Origin: Podarcis bocagei
Taxonomy: Eukaryota
NCBI GenBank assembly: GCA_964188305.1
Contig: OZ076890.1
DNA: 64,000 bases
Direction: 5' to 3' (one strand)
Each line of letters opens with the position of its first letter. Position 1 is the stretch's first letter. The notes below the pieces were generated by a model. It did not search any database and was not told the DNA's origin. It saw nothing but the letters and a program-made list of their open reading frames with translations. The position numbers were made by a program, and so were the translations under genes. Shown here one piece after another: positions 24,783 to 38,782 of the stretch.

Positions 24783-25542
24783 CTTAAAAGAATATTATAG
24801 CAATATTACACTACAGCAAACATTTTCATATAGATGTCATTAAACAAAGAAAACAATAAACTATTTACACAACACACAAAACTTACTTTAAAACTTCGCT
24901 ATAATTTTACATAAGCTTGTTGTATTTTTTTAAAAAAGAATAGACAATTGCATCTGATTCACCTTTCCATACAGCCATTATTGTGAAGATGCTAGGCCAG
25001 TGGTTGCATAATAATTTGTATTTGAATAATATAAAATAATAATGTTTTCATCAGCAGCCATTACTATTATTATTTATTAAATTTGCATACTGCCCTTCAT
25101 CCAAAGATCCCAGGGATATTCACAACAGAAAAATAAAAAATGAGGATACAAAAAACTTAATAAAACAAACATTCCACATGGCTACTTCAATAGGAGAGCT
25201 ATAAACATGGCCCATTTCATTGGCTTGGCTCCCTCCCTCCCATAACTGTCTGCTTCAGTCAACCTGGTCATTTTATCAGTTATTTTGTATGCATTTGTAA
25301 TGAATCTTCTCATTTTCCTCATCCTTCCCCATCCTCCTCCCCCCCCATTTTTACACCATGCCAACCTGCTTATATGCCATTATTTTAAATTGTAAATGAC
25401 CTTGACTGCACAGGCAGAAAGGCGGCATATAAACATAGTAATCAAAAAATCATCTCAAGAATTCCTTTTCTTAGTCACTTAACAGACACAAACTACATCT
25501 ACGATGAGTGCAGTGTTTGCATTTTTATTCAGTGCTTCCTAC

Positions 25543-25642
25543 CTGCAACGGTTGCCATAGTTACATTTCCCTGCTGCAAGGCTGATGCAGGTACCATAAT
25601 CCCCTGGGGACTGAGCGTACCTGTGATGGCACTTTGAATTGG
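25543..25642 (-). CDS. PKNOX1: PKNOX1 exon
   Basis: 100 nt; PIQSAITGTLSPQGIMVPASALQQGNVTMATVA. Confidence 0.95.
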
Positions 25643-27766
25643 CTAGAAATAGTAAACAACAAAAATTACATGAACTTATAACAAAGGATGCTCCTGTCAC
25701 TTTAAGTTGAAATGGTACTGTACCAAATATGAGATGTTCAAAACATAAACCCGATGAGGATAATGATGATGTCATCACTACCAACCAGTATGATCAAAAA
25801 CAGTGATGAAACTAGTATGAGAAGGAAATTCAATGAAAGGAGGTGGTAAATAACCTAGATATTTCAGTTTGACAGTATGTTGCATTTATATTTGGTTTTC
25901 CAAGTGTGGGTTTTCTTCTCCACATTGAACCACCTATCAGAATATAGAACAGATATGCAAATTCTGGATCAGAAGTAACCCAGCTGACAGTGCTTATCCC
26001 GTTTAATATTAGGCTAGTCACATGCTACTGTAATCAAAGTGCTTGTAAAAGAGACAATTGATAAATTTTAGTCAATGCACTACATACTTAGGAATTGTTA
26101 TTCTACAATAATTTAGAATATCCCAACATTTCTTTTTAAAAAAGGTTATGCAAATATGCTTATGGCTGCAACCCTATTACCTGGAAGTACGTCTTACTGA
26201 ACTCATTGGGACTTCAGAATAGACTTGTTTAGAATTGTGTTATAAGTAAAAAAACATGGCAACCACATGTACAGTCAGAATATATATAACACTGTATTGT
26301 TGGGGATGAAATTCTAGCCCTTCTAAAGTTGATGCTAGAAAAATGCATGAATCCTCACAATTAAAGATGGTCAATAGTTCATTGTTTTCCACAGGAAATG
26401 TAAAGTTTCAAGCACTTAAAATTTGAACTTTTTGGATCTTTTGCAAACTTAAAATTTATCTGATTTATTGAGGTATAAGCCAAAACTACAGGTAAGTCTA
26501 GATGACAATGCAATTTACAATTAGTACATTGACATGGGGCTGGCATGATGGATGTAATGAAACACAATGAAGAAGTTCAAAAACATACACCAGTATCTCA
26601 ATACTAATCGTGATAAACTTAATTTATGCCATGGAACTTGTGAGCAGATGTTGTCTGACTGGCTTCTAGGAGAGCTCTCATGGTATGAATGGTGAATGGA
26701 GCCATATGCTAAAGTTTTGAGAGGTGTGCTCTGAAATTATAGCAATTCTGATGGCATTTTGACTTATGTTCAAGGAAAAGATAGGGAATGAGCAAGATAC
26801 GAAATTATCTACCAACTTCTGTTCCTCCAGTTACTAGCAATTCAATTTCGAAAAATATAATACTTCTGTGTAGCAGTTGATTTTTTACACTTTCCAATAA
26901 ATTAAACAAAACAGAGGGCCTGCATGGACACATTTTTCATTATAGGTGTTATGTATCGGAGGGCCCATAGCTCGCTGGTAGAGCAAATATTTCCCAAATG
27001 GTTCCAGGCTTAAAGTCTGGTATCTCCATGAAAGGATATAAAGTATCAGGTACCTGAGGCCTTATAACAGACTCTGCCAAACAGAGCAAACAATTCTGAG
27101 TCCAAGAGATCTGAATTCATATAACACAGCTTTTGGGCCCTTATGTGCATGGAATGCAGGCTGTGGGATGTGAGGAGCTTTATTTTATGTCCTGAAGCCT
27201 TGTGTATGTGATGAGAGAGCAATCACAGAACCCTATTTCTACATACAAATCACCACTTGCTGGGATGGGGCCATTATCTACAATGAGATGAACAAAGCCA
27301 ACCCCCAAATTAGGCTAAGGAGGTAGTGCCAAAGAGGTGCAATGATAATCGTGTCATTTTTGCTCTACTGCTCACATTTTCTGGTGACTCTTTCCATGAA
27401 GACAGCTGCTCCAGCAAATCCAAGCTATCTCTATCATGTTTAAAGTTGCTGGACTGCAGACAAAGAGTTGATAGATTATGATCATTCTTTAAGAATTGCA
27501 TTTCCATGTACGTGACTACTAAGAAAAAGGGAGATCTTATAATCTTAACAATATCACAAAACCTTAAAAACTGCTAGCTTGCCAGTCACAGATCATCTAT
27601 TTGTAAATTGCATGGTTTACAAATTCAACCAATATTAACATAGTAATTTATATTTTATCTGCTCTTTGTTTGTTTTAAAAACTAATCTTACCTATCCTGA
27701 GTCTTTGGGATAATGTAGATTATAAATCAAATAAAGAAAATATATTTCAGTTAGCATGAAAGGTAC

Positions 27767-27937
27767 CTGGGGTTGTACAGGTGAATAAGGACTCCCAGAT
27801 TCTCCACTTAGCAGAGTTTCACTGTTCATTTTCGTTTTCAGACAGGCAATATAGCGACTACAGAAATCCTTACAGAGCTCGTTAACTTTTTCTAGCTCAA
27901 GCAGATGAATTCGTAGAACCTGAATTGCCTTTACCAT
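27767..27937 (-). CDS. PKNOX1: PKNOX1 exon, MEIS-B/HR2 PBX-interaction region
   Basis: 171 nt; MVKAIQVLRIHLLELEKVNELCKDFCSRYIACLKTKMNSETLLSGESGSPYSPVQPQ. Confidence 0.97.
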
Positions 27938-28778
27938 CTAAAAGAGGGAAAAGAGAAAGAATTCAGAGACAAGTAAAAAACCAATGAAAACAAACATTTG
28001 CATATGTCATTTACAGTGTGCTAAGTTGTTCAATATATGTTTGAGCTACTTTTTTGCTTATTTTCAACAGGGCAGTTTATAATTATTGTTGCTTTCTCCT
28101 ACCCAGATATTGTCTCAATGTAGGAAACTATGTACACTGTTAATTGCTTGCACAAAACTGGGGACTGCCCACAGCATGTATAGGCTATATAAATGCATTT
28201 TTCTACACAGATCTGATTTGTGCAGATTATTATGTATGATGCAGCCCTCCTATTTAGCCCACCTTTTCCATTTTTCTTCTTGAACAAGGCTACAAGTTTC
28301 AAATGAATAACATGCAGAGATTTTCACATACCCAACTTCCTTATGATAAGTAGTTGAGCTGATCAGAAATAGCAATATGCATTATCTTCAAGTGTCAACT
28401 CAAGTACAATCAGATGTGCATTTGGCACAAAGCCAACCACTCAATTTATTTTACTTGTTAAGAAAATGCAGCCTCAGAGTGGCTTACACTTACGGAATAA
28501 AAATACAATAATAAAAACATAAAATTACAAGATGATGCAATCTACAATCAGTGGCAGATGAAAAAATGGGAAATAATCAGGAGTAATCAACACTAATAGC
28601 AGAAAAGGCATAAAAGAATAAAAGCTCTGAGTAAAAAGGAATCACAAAGAGCACAATGAAAATCCACTTGCACAACAGGACTTCTGGTTTCTCATCTTTA
28701 TCCACTGCAGCTGCCCACGTGCCCAAGAATCTTGAGCGGATTTTGAGGCTGTGTGGAAGGATAGAGGAAAGTAGAAGC

Positions 28779-29107
28779 CAGGGGCGTAGCTAGCTGCTCC
28801 GGCACTCGGAGCGGCGGGAGCGAGGCGATCCACCCAGGGGCGCTGGGTGGTGATCTGCCCAGGGGGGAGGCACAGTGAGCTGCCCACGGAGTCTGCCTGG
28901 CGGGCGCAAGTCCTACGCTGCCATTTCAGGCAGCGCGCAGCCCAGAGCCACCACGTCACTTCCAGGAGAGACGCGTGGCCTGGGCGCACTGCAGGCCAGG
29001 CCCTGTGGTAAGTGCCCCCCCCGTGGTGTGCCATTTTATCACCCCCTCAGGGATGACACCCAGGGTGGTTCGCACCCTCCCCCGCACCCCCACTTCCTAC
29101 GCCCCTG
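28779..29107. mobile_element. hAT-type MITE, GC-rich
   Basis: TIR CAGGGGCGTAG...CTACGCCCCTG; perfect 8-bp TSD GTAGAAGC (28771-28778, 29108-29115). Confidence 0.9.
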
Positions 29108-29814
29108 GTAGAAGCCATATTCCACAAATGGATGTTCACACAAAGGAGAGAGTTCAATAAGCAGACTGCATCTCTGAATGGGTTCTTTGCGTGGTCACTA
29201 CCTGCCCCATATCAGAAGGCAGTGGCACCAGGAGAAGAGCCTCTGGAGATAAGCTCAATATTCAGGCAGCACCTCAATTGCCAGAATCAGCAAGCACAAA
29301 ATATCATGAAGTTTCCACTTAAGGAACTACATGCACAGCAAAGAGCCAATCAGGGTTCTTTCAAGCAACCATATTAAATCAAATGGTTTGTTGAGATGTA
29401 AACCACAAATCCCAGCTGGGTGGATGGGGAGAGAGGAGGAGAATGGAAAGAATTGAGGAAGTAGTGGAGGAGGACAGCAAATTAAATGCAAACAACCAAA
29501 ACCCTACACATAAGAACATCTGACTCACTGGAAAACATATTGATATGTCAAAAGAGTCTCATGAAGCAGACAGATTAACTACAAACAAACAACTATCTAA
29601 AAAAAGAAGCTAGCCAAGTTGATAATTTGCTATGTGATGGAGGAGCTTCTGTCAGTAATACTGACAGGGAATGTCTGCTGCTACCAAGGGCTGTAAATTT
29701 CAACTTCTTTAAGTTGACATTTCACAATTCAGTTTTCTCAGTATCAATTTACTTTTTTCAAATATAAAGATTTTATAAATAAATTGAAATCTTATCTAAA
29801 ATGTTTTTACTTAC

Positions 29815-29986
29815 TAGATTATCTGTTTCCGGATCTTCACAAAAAAATGGTTTTCCTTCCTTCTCCTGCTTCCTAACAAAGTTTTCAATATCTACATCAA
29901 AACTTGCAGACGTTGTGCCTTCTGAGCCTTGTGTGGATTGTTCACATTTTTCAAATAATAGTGCTAATAAGGGGAACAGTGGATGT
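29815..29986 (-). CDS. PKNOX1: PKNOX1 exon, MEIS-A/HR1 region
   Basis: 172 nt; HPLFPLLALLFEKCEQSTQGSEGTTSASFDVDIENFVRKQEKEGKPFFCEDPETDNL. Confidence 0.97.
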
Positions 29987-31219
29987 CTAGGAATAAAAAG
30001 ACAAGCAAATTGTAGGTTTGTGGAAATATCTATGTGCAAATTAGTTTGATGAAAAATTCTGAGCAATCTGGACATTGCATACATACAATCCTATTATTTT
30101 AGATTATTACATTAGTATTACATTTAATGTAATAAAGTTACATTAGCAATTACTATGCTAGGTTCAGAACTGAATATACTGTGATCTCCCTTATTTGCTC
30201 TTTTTTTTAGCATGGATCAAATACTGCTAATTATAGAATCATTTAAATATCAATGTCATCCCACAGTTTGATGTACCGTAAATGATACTGATGGGTAGCT
30301 TGTACTATTGGGTCTCACTTACATTTTTATTAAGCTTTGCTCAAATAAAGACCCTAAAAAGCCTGAAATTTAATACAATTGTATGTTTTAAAATAAAAAA
30401 TAATCTAGTAGGGATGCCATTCTTTATTTTCTTAGATTGTAACGATGTAGCTCTAACAGAAAGCAAGTTTAGACAAATATATATAACTAAATACAAAGAC
30501 AATAAAAAGCTTTGCCCTGAGACGCAGGTCACAATCCTGAACACTTAAGTATGTTCAACGCCAACAGAAGTTAGCAGAACTTACTGCACAAGCCTTCTGT
30601 CCTCAATAGGGCTTAGTCTCTTGTAAATGTATAGATTTCAGTCTTAAGCATGAAAACATGTATTAACCATCTCACAGTAATTAGAAAACCCCAAATGTAT
30701 GAACTTCTTGACAAATTACAATACACTGGCTGATTTAAGCTTAGGCCTCCTCTTCTAAACTTATTCAACTTTCTGAGTCCCCCAACCTATCACCAACCTC
30801 CCCAGCTGCACTGATATGTGGAACAAACTTTGGTCTAGGCACTAATTCAATACTGGTATTAGGAAGGGAAAACTGAACAAGTTATATTTGACACCTCCTA
30901 AAACCACAAATAGGAAAACAGCATTAGTTCAAAGTAGCACCTTTTCCCAAGTCAATGAATGGGGGAGCAGTTGCCCCTACAAATCTAATGAGGATATTCT
31001 AGAGAACCCCACTCCCACCCATGGCTTGGCTGGTGAGGGGGGAAAGATGCATCAGCCTCAAGATCTTATCATGTCTAGAACAGTGTGTGCCCCCTTCCAC
31101 ATGTTCCATGTCTCCTGCATACACAAGCACCACCCCATGATTTGAGAACCACCCATGACCTACTAAAGAGAATGATACATTTTACTGCTAGAAACAGCTC
31201 ATCTTGTGAATACTGCTAC

Positions 31220-31347
31220 CTGTAAATAGCCTGCTTATCTGCATCCATCGGAGTCTGGGACTCTACCGGGGAAGGACTCAATCCTCCTGCATCTGCTTCC
31301 AAGCAGTTTGGATCCTGCTCAGTTTTTAATTCTGTTACTACTTGCAT
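31220..31347 (-). CDS. PKNOX1: PKNOX1 second coding exon
   Basis: 128 nt; MQVVTELKTEQDPNCLEADAGGLSPSPVESQTPMDADKQAIYR; tandem cagcag acceptor. Confidence 0.95.
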
Positions 31348-33059
31348 CTGCTGGAAAAGAAAGATGCTTTATATTGCCAACAGCATAGATTCACAACTAA
31401 ATGGTTCATTTTCTAAGCAAAGAGAAAGCCAAAGGCCTAGTAAGTTGCCAGAAGGTTGGTATGACTTGGCAACCACACAAAAAGAACAAGCATTTAACAA
31501 ACAACTCATTTAATCCTTGCAACATTTGGAGGCAGGAAGATAGTGGAAAGGTCACTACAAGTTTGACTCCCATTAGTAGGTTTCTTTTAGTCAATTGTCT
31601 GTTACAGAATCCTGCATTTCATAAGCCAGCTATTTTTGGATAAAGCTACACATACACTGCTTCAACAAAAATCACTTTAAGAAAGCAGACCTTGAAAACA
31701 TCTGCAATAGGCAAAGTGTCATTTGCAAACAGAAATTATCATTAGAAATAATTCTGTATGCTACACATTTACTTGAAAACTCAATAGAGCTCATTTCTAA
31801 TTAAGAATGTTTAACATTTCAGGCTTTATTTTGGGCACTGGAGTGCATATAATTCTTCAGAGATATTGCAAAGGAGGGACCATTTCACAATTATTGTATG
31901 AAAAGCTTATAGCTTTATTTTTAGGTGTTTCAATATTAAAAATTAAATGTTTCACTGTTTGTTCTGTACTGAATATAAATAAGGACTTTTGTATATATGT
32001 TAAATAGTTTGTGGAAAAAATACGAGAAAGATCTAATATATCTACTTTTTGATAGGAAGTTGCAGTTTATTATGAATTAGACTAATTAGTAAGGGCAATA
32101 AAACAATCTAACTGTAGGACTATGGTCACAATATTTTCTTCTGTCTGTGAAATCTGGGGAGATACTAGGTAACTCCTAGCTGCAGCTCTGCACCATGTCC
32201 TTGTACTGTTGTGGAAGACCTGGATAGGACTACTGCTTCACAATTTGAACAAAGTGAACATTATGTTTAAATGCTATTACCCATCTTGTAACAAGCTGAA
32301 CGATTTGAAAAATTAAGAGATAGCTAAGTAAGTCGTGAAACCATTAAGAGCAATGCCAAACGAATGCAAGAAGGAGCTATTTGGGTGCTTTTTCTGGAGT
32401 TGCTGAACAAACCCAAGCATATATAAAATCAAAAGTAAACTGAGGATGGAATCCTATGCACTCTTACCTCAACAGGACTTACAACTGAACATATATAATA
32501 TATATGATTGCATTGTAATTAGTTTACAAATTTCAAGGAACAGTACAATAGTCACTTCCACTGTAAAATCAGAAGTACTGTATACAGAAAAAAAGCCTCT
32601 CAAGAATCACCTAGAAATTTGTTTATGGCCACATGCTGTGATATTTTCCTTAAAGTAAAAAAAGGCAACATAACCTCATCAGGTGCCTAGACACTTCTCC
32701 CCACCCCCACCCCTTATTTATTCAACAAAATAATTGCTCAGTCAAAATACCGCATAGTTAAGTACAACATTATATGGTTGACAACCCAAGCAGCTAAAGA
32801 AGTTCAAGTTCGATAGCAATGTTTAGGCAATATTTCACAAAATAATATTTGTGTACATGTGTGCGAGAGAGAGGGGCTAAATGACAAAACAAAATAAAAC
32901 CTGGTTCAGCAAGTTTAGAGCAGAAGCTCAGTGGCTGAACACATGCACCGCATGCAGAAGATCCCAGCACTGCCGGTTAAAAGCATCAGGTAACAAGTGA
33001 TGGGAGCTATCTTTGTCCGACTCCCTGGGGCATTGTCTCAGTCATAATAGGCTGTACTG

Positions 33060-33378
33060 GGCCTATTCTCACATGCTCTGTGGTATGCTCTCCCCAGGAA
33101 CAGATGCCTAGAGTCTTCCTCGTTAATCTTTAGGCACCATGCTAAGTCCTTTTTCTTTATCCGGATCTTTGGTTAATTAATATTACCTCCTATGGTGATG
33201 CTTAGCTTTGAGTGGGGTAGGTAGGACTTGTCCTTATCAATATAATGCTAGATAAGCAATTTATGTATGCTTTGTATTGTTCATAGTTTTATATTTCTTC
33301 TGGTTTTGAACTGCTTTCATGCATTTTACCTTGGCAAGTCACTTCGAGAATTTTGATCGTATAAAGCGACTGATAAAT

Positions 33379-33429
<51 letters not shown>
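33060..33429 (+). mobile_element. Degraded L2-like LINE 3' end with (AAT)n tail (33380-33429)
   Basis: L2-like tail motifs (...aagtcacttcgag...ataaagcgactgataaatg) followed by a perfect AAT run; 5' boundary approximate. Confidence 0.55.
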
Positions 33430-33675
33430 TAAAGGAATCAATCCTAAATAATTTTTGCTTCTGAAAATTCCGTTGTTTCCTACCTTTCTAGGAAACAGCT
33501 GAAGAGCAAGCCAGTGTCATGACTTAGGTACCATATTAAAATAACAGCAGATGAAAAGTAATATAGATCGGACAGAAGTAGTTTTATGTCTTGGACACCA
33601 TAATTATTTAACATATTCTTTTTACCTACTATGGTGCACTTCACATTTTCATTTTTTATTTAAAAATGTTCTTAC

Positions 33676-33726
33676 TTGTTGCCCATCTTGATAGTTGTCT
33701 ATACTTAATGTCTGCGTTGCCATCAT
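33676..33726 (-). CDS. PKNOX1: PKNOX1 first coding exon (whole exon 33676-33763)
   Basis: MMATQTLSIDNYQDGQQ|gtaag; acceptor at 33764-33765 with a perfect TACTAAC branch point (33786-33792); all ten coding exons sum to 1311 nt = 436 aa + stop. Confidence 0.96.
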
Positions 33727-34382
33727 GGTTACTTAGGGTTCTTATAAAGTCAAATCATCATACCTTAGGGGGGAAATCCAAAAAGGTTAGTATTTTTACA
33801 GGATGTTATCGAATACAAATTACATAACTGACATCTGCATGTGCAGCAGCAGAATAGGGGCAGAGGGGATTGAGAATGCAATCACATGTATTTGCTACAC
33901 CAACCTACAAGATCTCAGGAATGTTCTCAAACCCTTTTTGACAAAAGCAGTCAAGGTGACTATTAAATCATATTTGCCAGAAAAAGTGATAAATGCAATA
34001 TGGTTGGCCACTTGATCTTGCTCTTTATTACAATAAAGAGTTGCACAACAAACACGCAACTAAAATCACAAGTTAGTGGCACAAAATAAATGACCAAACT
34101 TTTATATATGAATATCATATAGTGGTTTCACTAGCAAAAATAAAAGTGTCGAAAGGGATATACGACAAAAGAATGCAGGACAATGAACAATGCAAACCCA
34201 CTGTGAAAATTTTTGTTTTTCATAATATTCCCTCTTAAGGAATATTTGATACTGGTCGTAGTCACAAGACCAGATGGCACATACCCTGAAGTTAGATCTC
34301 TTTTTACATTTGGAGGTTATAAAGAAAGTTGAAAATCATCTAGTAGCTGCACTAAGGAACAATTATGATAATTTTAAAAATA

Positions 34383-34785
34383 CAGTGGTGCCCCGCAAGA
34401 CGAATGCCTCGCAAGATGGAAAACTCGCTAGACGAAAGAGTTTTCCGTTTTGGAGGTGCTTCGCAAAACGAATCTCCTATGGGCTTGCTTCACAAGACGA
34501 CAATGTCTTGCGAGTTCCTGCTGTTTCCCCCACCTTTCCCCCTTTTTCTAAGCCGCTAAGCCGCTTATCAGCTGATCCGATCAGCAGATAAGTCGCTAAA
34601 AGCGGCTAATAGCGCTAATCCGCTTATCAGCTGATCCGATCAGCAGATAAGCCTCTAAAAGCCTCTAATAGTGCTAATAGCGCTAATCCGCTAATCCTTC
34701 AATGGGCTTTGCTTCGCAAGACGAAAAAACCGCTAGACGAAGAGAATCACAGAACGGATTCTTTTCGTCTTGCAAGGCACCACTG
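34383..34785. mobile_element. Tc1/mariner (Tigger/pogo-like) MITE
   Basis: TIR CAGTGGTGCC...GGCACCACTG, TA TSD both sides, internal ~59-bp tandem duplication. Confidence 0.9.
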
Positions 34786-35182
34786 TAAATGGAATCTCTC
34801 ACATAGGACACATATATTTTTTGGTGGCTGCAACAAGGAATAGCAACTAAAAACGCCTGGCATTTCTCACATAGAACACATATAGCTTTCCTCTTGTGTA
34901 TATGCTACACAGAGGTGGTGTCTCTTTGTATGCCAAAGAAAGCATTGAGTTCAGCAAGCCAGAAATCCCAAAAGGGACAGACTCCTCCACATCATCATTG
35001 TGGATGATATTACTAGGCCCCATTAGGAATTTGGTATAGTGAGCTGCTTCTTTTCTTTCATACACATGTCAAGCAACTTTCCCTAATGTGATGCCCTACA
35101 ATGTTTTGGAGTACAACTGCTGTCAGTCCCAGCCATCATGACCAGTGGTGAGGGATGATGGATGGGTGTTAATAGTCTAAAG

Positions 35183-35318
35183 CAGGCATCCCCAGACTCG
35201 GCCCTCCAACTGTTTTAGGACTGCAATTCCCATCGTCCCTAGCCAACAGGACCAGTGGTCGTGGATGATGGGAACTGTAGTCCCAAAACAGCTGGAGGGC
35301 CAAGTTTGGGGATGCCTG
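35183..35318. mobile_element. hAT-type palindromic MITE
   Basis: TIR CAGGCATCCCCA...TGGGGATGCCTG; perfect 8-bp TSD GTCTAAAG; related copies at ~3755-3897, 48210-48343, 50422-50557 and 54310-54448. Confidence 0.9.
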
Positions 35319-36640
35319 GTCTAAAGCATATTGCAGGAACAGGTTTGGAAAAGTTGATGCAGCACAACCTGTGTAAACTGGGCTGCACAAAAATACAGCC
35401 CGGCACCAGTCGTTTCTCCTACTACAGGGACACTTTTTCTCCTGCTACATATTATATCTGTGTACATTGTAAAGCTTGGTGTACAATCTGGTTCACAAAG
35501 TCCCTATGGATGAAATAAGCAGCCAGTTTAAATGTGTGAATCAGCACACAGATGCAGGCATACACAGCCCTTGAGGATATACATTGTGAAGATATGTAAT
35601 CTGTGCACTAAAAATGCGAAAATCACTCACATGATGCATCAGATACTGCAGAAAACATGCAGGAGACGCAACATGGAGACTTTTTACATTAGAAGAGCAT
35701 AATTTGTTCCCAAATTACTAACTGCAACTATGCTGGGAGAAGTTTCACCTGAAGAATTTCTGATGGTCAGGTTTATCTTCCTTTGCTTATTTTCATATGC
35801 ATTTTCAGCAACAAGCAGAGAAGCCTCCATTTTTCTTCCCTAGGCAAGCAAAATAGCATAGAAAGCAAGCAAAAACTTATCATTCCTTTGAAAACTCACT
35901 CCCCACCCTGCACACACACATTCAATGGGGATAGGAGTGGGCAACAAGCAGAATGTTGTCAAATTTGGAGCCACAAAGAGCCACAAGAAAGTCATATGGA
36001 AACAATCTACATAAAATACAGGTTGTCAACAACAAACAGCTCTTGCAACAGAGGCTCTCAAGCTTTTCATACACCAGGAAGCTTCATTGTCCAGCACCAT
36101 TGCTATCAGGCTGCTTTCATCTGTATCCATCAACGTGCAAAACATAATCTGTGGCTCTCATGAGCTTGTTTCTCAACCTGTTGACCAAGCATGGTCCTGA
36201 AAGTCCTCAAACTTTAGAGATAGAAAGTATCCATCAGAACTACTGTGTCTACTGGTTTTACACATATCTTATTCATGCTGTTAGCTCATTATCCAGAAAG
36301 ATATGTGAAGCAAATGCCCCAGTTTTAAGTTTTGTTCTGGAAATGTACTTCAAACAAATCAATTTTGGGACAGATAGGGCTCTGTTTAAAAATATATATA
36401 CCGTACATGCCTAAGTTCTCAGGAAGTAGCCTTTCATTTACTACCTCATACTGGATTAGAGAATGTAATGGAGACACGTAAGATCATGAGAGAAGAGATT
36501 CCCAAAGGAATTGCAATCTATTTTGTTAGTAGCTCCTCTATTTTCGGCAGTCTACCCTGGGGACAACTTTGGAAGAAATCTTGCAATCCTTAGTGTACAA
36601 TTTCAAATGGTAATTTCAAAAAGTTGCTGGCTACCATAAG

Positions 36641-36783
36641 CAATGCTTTTTTATGGCGGGACGCCGGGGTACACATACCCCTAAACATTTTGTGAATCTA
36701 AGTTTGGCCTCATTGAGAGGCAGTATTTCAATGAGTAGGAAAATGAGAGTACCCTTAAACATTTTTTTAGAAAAAAAGCACTG
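36641..36783. mobile_element. hAT-like MITE
   Basis: CAATGCTTTTTT...AAAAAAGCACTG termini; imperfect 8-bp TSD accataag/actgtaag; similar termini at ~5532-5657. Confidence 0.6.
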
Positions 36784-38782
36784 ACTGTAAGAGATTAAAA
36801 CCCCTGGGCTGGTTCTAGGGTGAGGAATTTCCTCAGCTAATGAGCTGTTTTTTAATTTGCCAGCAAGGACTGGGTAACTGATTTCATATTTACTCTATAA
36901 GAGTTATGGTACTTCAATCACAATTTACTACAAGTAACTGAAGTCTCAACTTATACATTAAACTGGTTTCATAATTATATTTTTTCCTAATTTTCTATTC
37001 ACTTGGAGTTCTTTTCTGATGAGTCTCTTACCTTGATAGCAAATAGACATGTTCACACCAAAATGATTTCCACAGTAAAAAGCTGATTGCACAAAACAAC
37101 ACAATACTATGGCATTCAAACACTAAATTAGGAACTTGAGCAACTCCTTACTACTAAGCATTTTGCCCCTTAACATTATCCAATGAGACTTATCTTATAA
37201 TAGATTTGACTTTTCAGTGGGGTCGTCTCTAGGATATATGACCTGCAAAACGCACTTTAGAAAAACTGTTAAGCATTTTGCCGCTTTATATTTCACTAGG
37301 GGTTGCACCTCTGCTCACTCCACTTGCCCTTAGAGCATCCCCTTCCTACCCCATGCAATTACTATGATCACTTTCCACCTTCCCAAACCCATTTCTGAAG
37401 CCACTTTCCCCTTCACTTCTGAGGTTCCCTTTTGCATCCATTTTCACCTTCATCTCCCCACTGCCTTTGTGCACCCTCTTGCACACAAACCACCACCATG
37501 GTAACTCCTGCATCTTCCTCTTCCCATACACTTTTACCTTGCATCCCATCATGAAGCTACCACCCCCTTCTTTTCTTCAAACCCTTTCATGCCCCTGCTT
37601 TAATCTTCAGCAGCTTTAGCATACCTCTCATTCCCTTGTTTTTTCACAACCCCCATTGCACCTCCATTTTCACCTTCACCCCTTTCTGTCATTGTGACTA
37701 TTGTGCAAACTGCCTTCTTTTTTGCTCCCCACCTCATTCTGCATGCAAATCCAGGATTGTAATGCAGTACTAGTAATCCTCCAAATGGGGCTGCACAATG
37801 ACAGCCTTACAATAACACAAATTATTAGAACCCCAAATGTGAGTTTTTTTGTGATGTTGGATGTGTATGTACTCTCCTTTCACTATGCAGAGGCGTAGCT
37901 AGGGGAGCATTGGGCGCCACACTGCAGGGGCAGCACTTAACATGGGGCCTGCAGCGTTCCCAAGCCACGCGTCTCTCCTGTGAGTGACACAGTGGCTTGG
38001 GCACCTGCAATCTGACCACAAATCTTGAATGAAGAGATCAATAATAGCAGAGTGTAGAAATTTAGATATGGGAACCAAGCTGTGCACACATCATTGCTGA
38101 ATAATTTCAGATATCATAATTGGCATTCAGCTTAGCCATCTACATATGCTTGCTGAACAAAACAGTAGCAACCCAAATTAAAATTACTTCTTTCTAAGAC
38201 CTAATCTTGCAAGTCTGAATTCATCAGAACTTAAAGGTACAATTATACACAGTTGCACACTAAAATCAAGAAATGTTTTCCATGCAGCAAGCACACAAGC
38301 AGTATTTCCACTGGGCTATTGCACTGGTATCCTACGGATGGAAGAAGCAACACTGCACTACCTCTGGCCTGGGATAGACCAATACAGTGGAAAGTCAACA
38401 GCATATTTATTCACTCAAAGGATTTATAATCCACATTTTGAAAACATGCCCCACAGAGGAGCTCACATCTAAAAATACAAACTTGAAATACAGCATATAC
38501 ACTATTTAAAATAGCAAATTTTAAATACTAAAGGGGAAAAAACTCCAACAGTGATAAAACAATAAAGCTCAGTGAGACCTGTGTTAAAACTGCATTTACC
38601 AGTATAACCCACTCTGTGTCATTAAAAGACACAGAAAAAATGTCTTCAAGACCTATTTAAATGACATAAGGGATAGAGTCTGCCTTCTTAGACTTTTTAT
38701 CAGCCTGGTTGGTTTTGGGTGGTGAGTACCTGAGTAGGCCCTTTAATTTGGATTTCCTTGTGTGGGCAGGCTAGCATGGTTC

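Noticed and set aside
34545-34695. Spaced direct repeats superficially like a CRISPR array
   Set aside because: Eukaryotic DNA; the repeats are an internal tandem duplication in a Tc1/mariner MITE.
37315-37750. Long C/T-rich strand-skewed tract in PKNOX1 intron 1
   Set aside because: Low-complexity sequence with no clear periodicity or coding signal.
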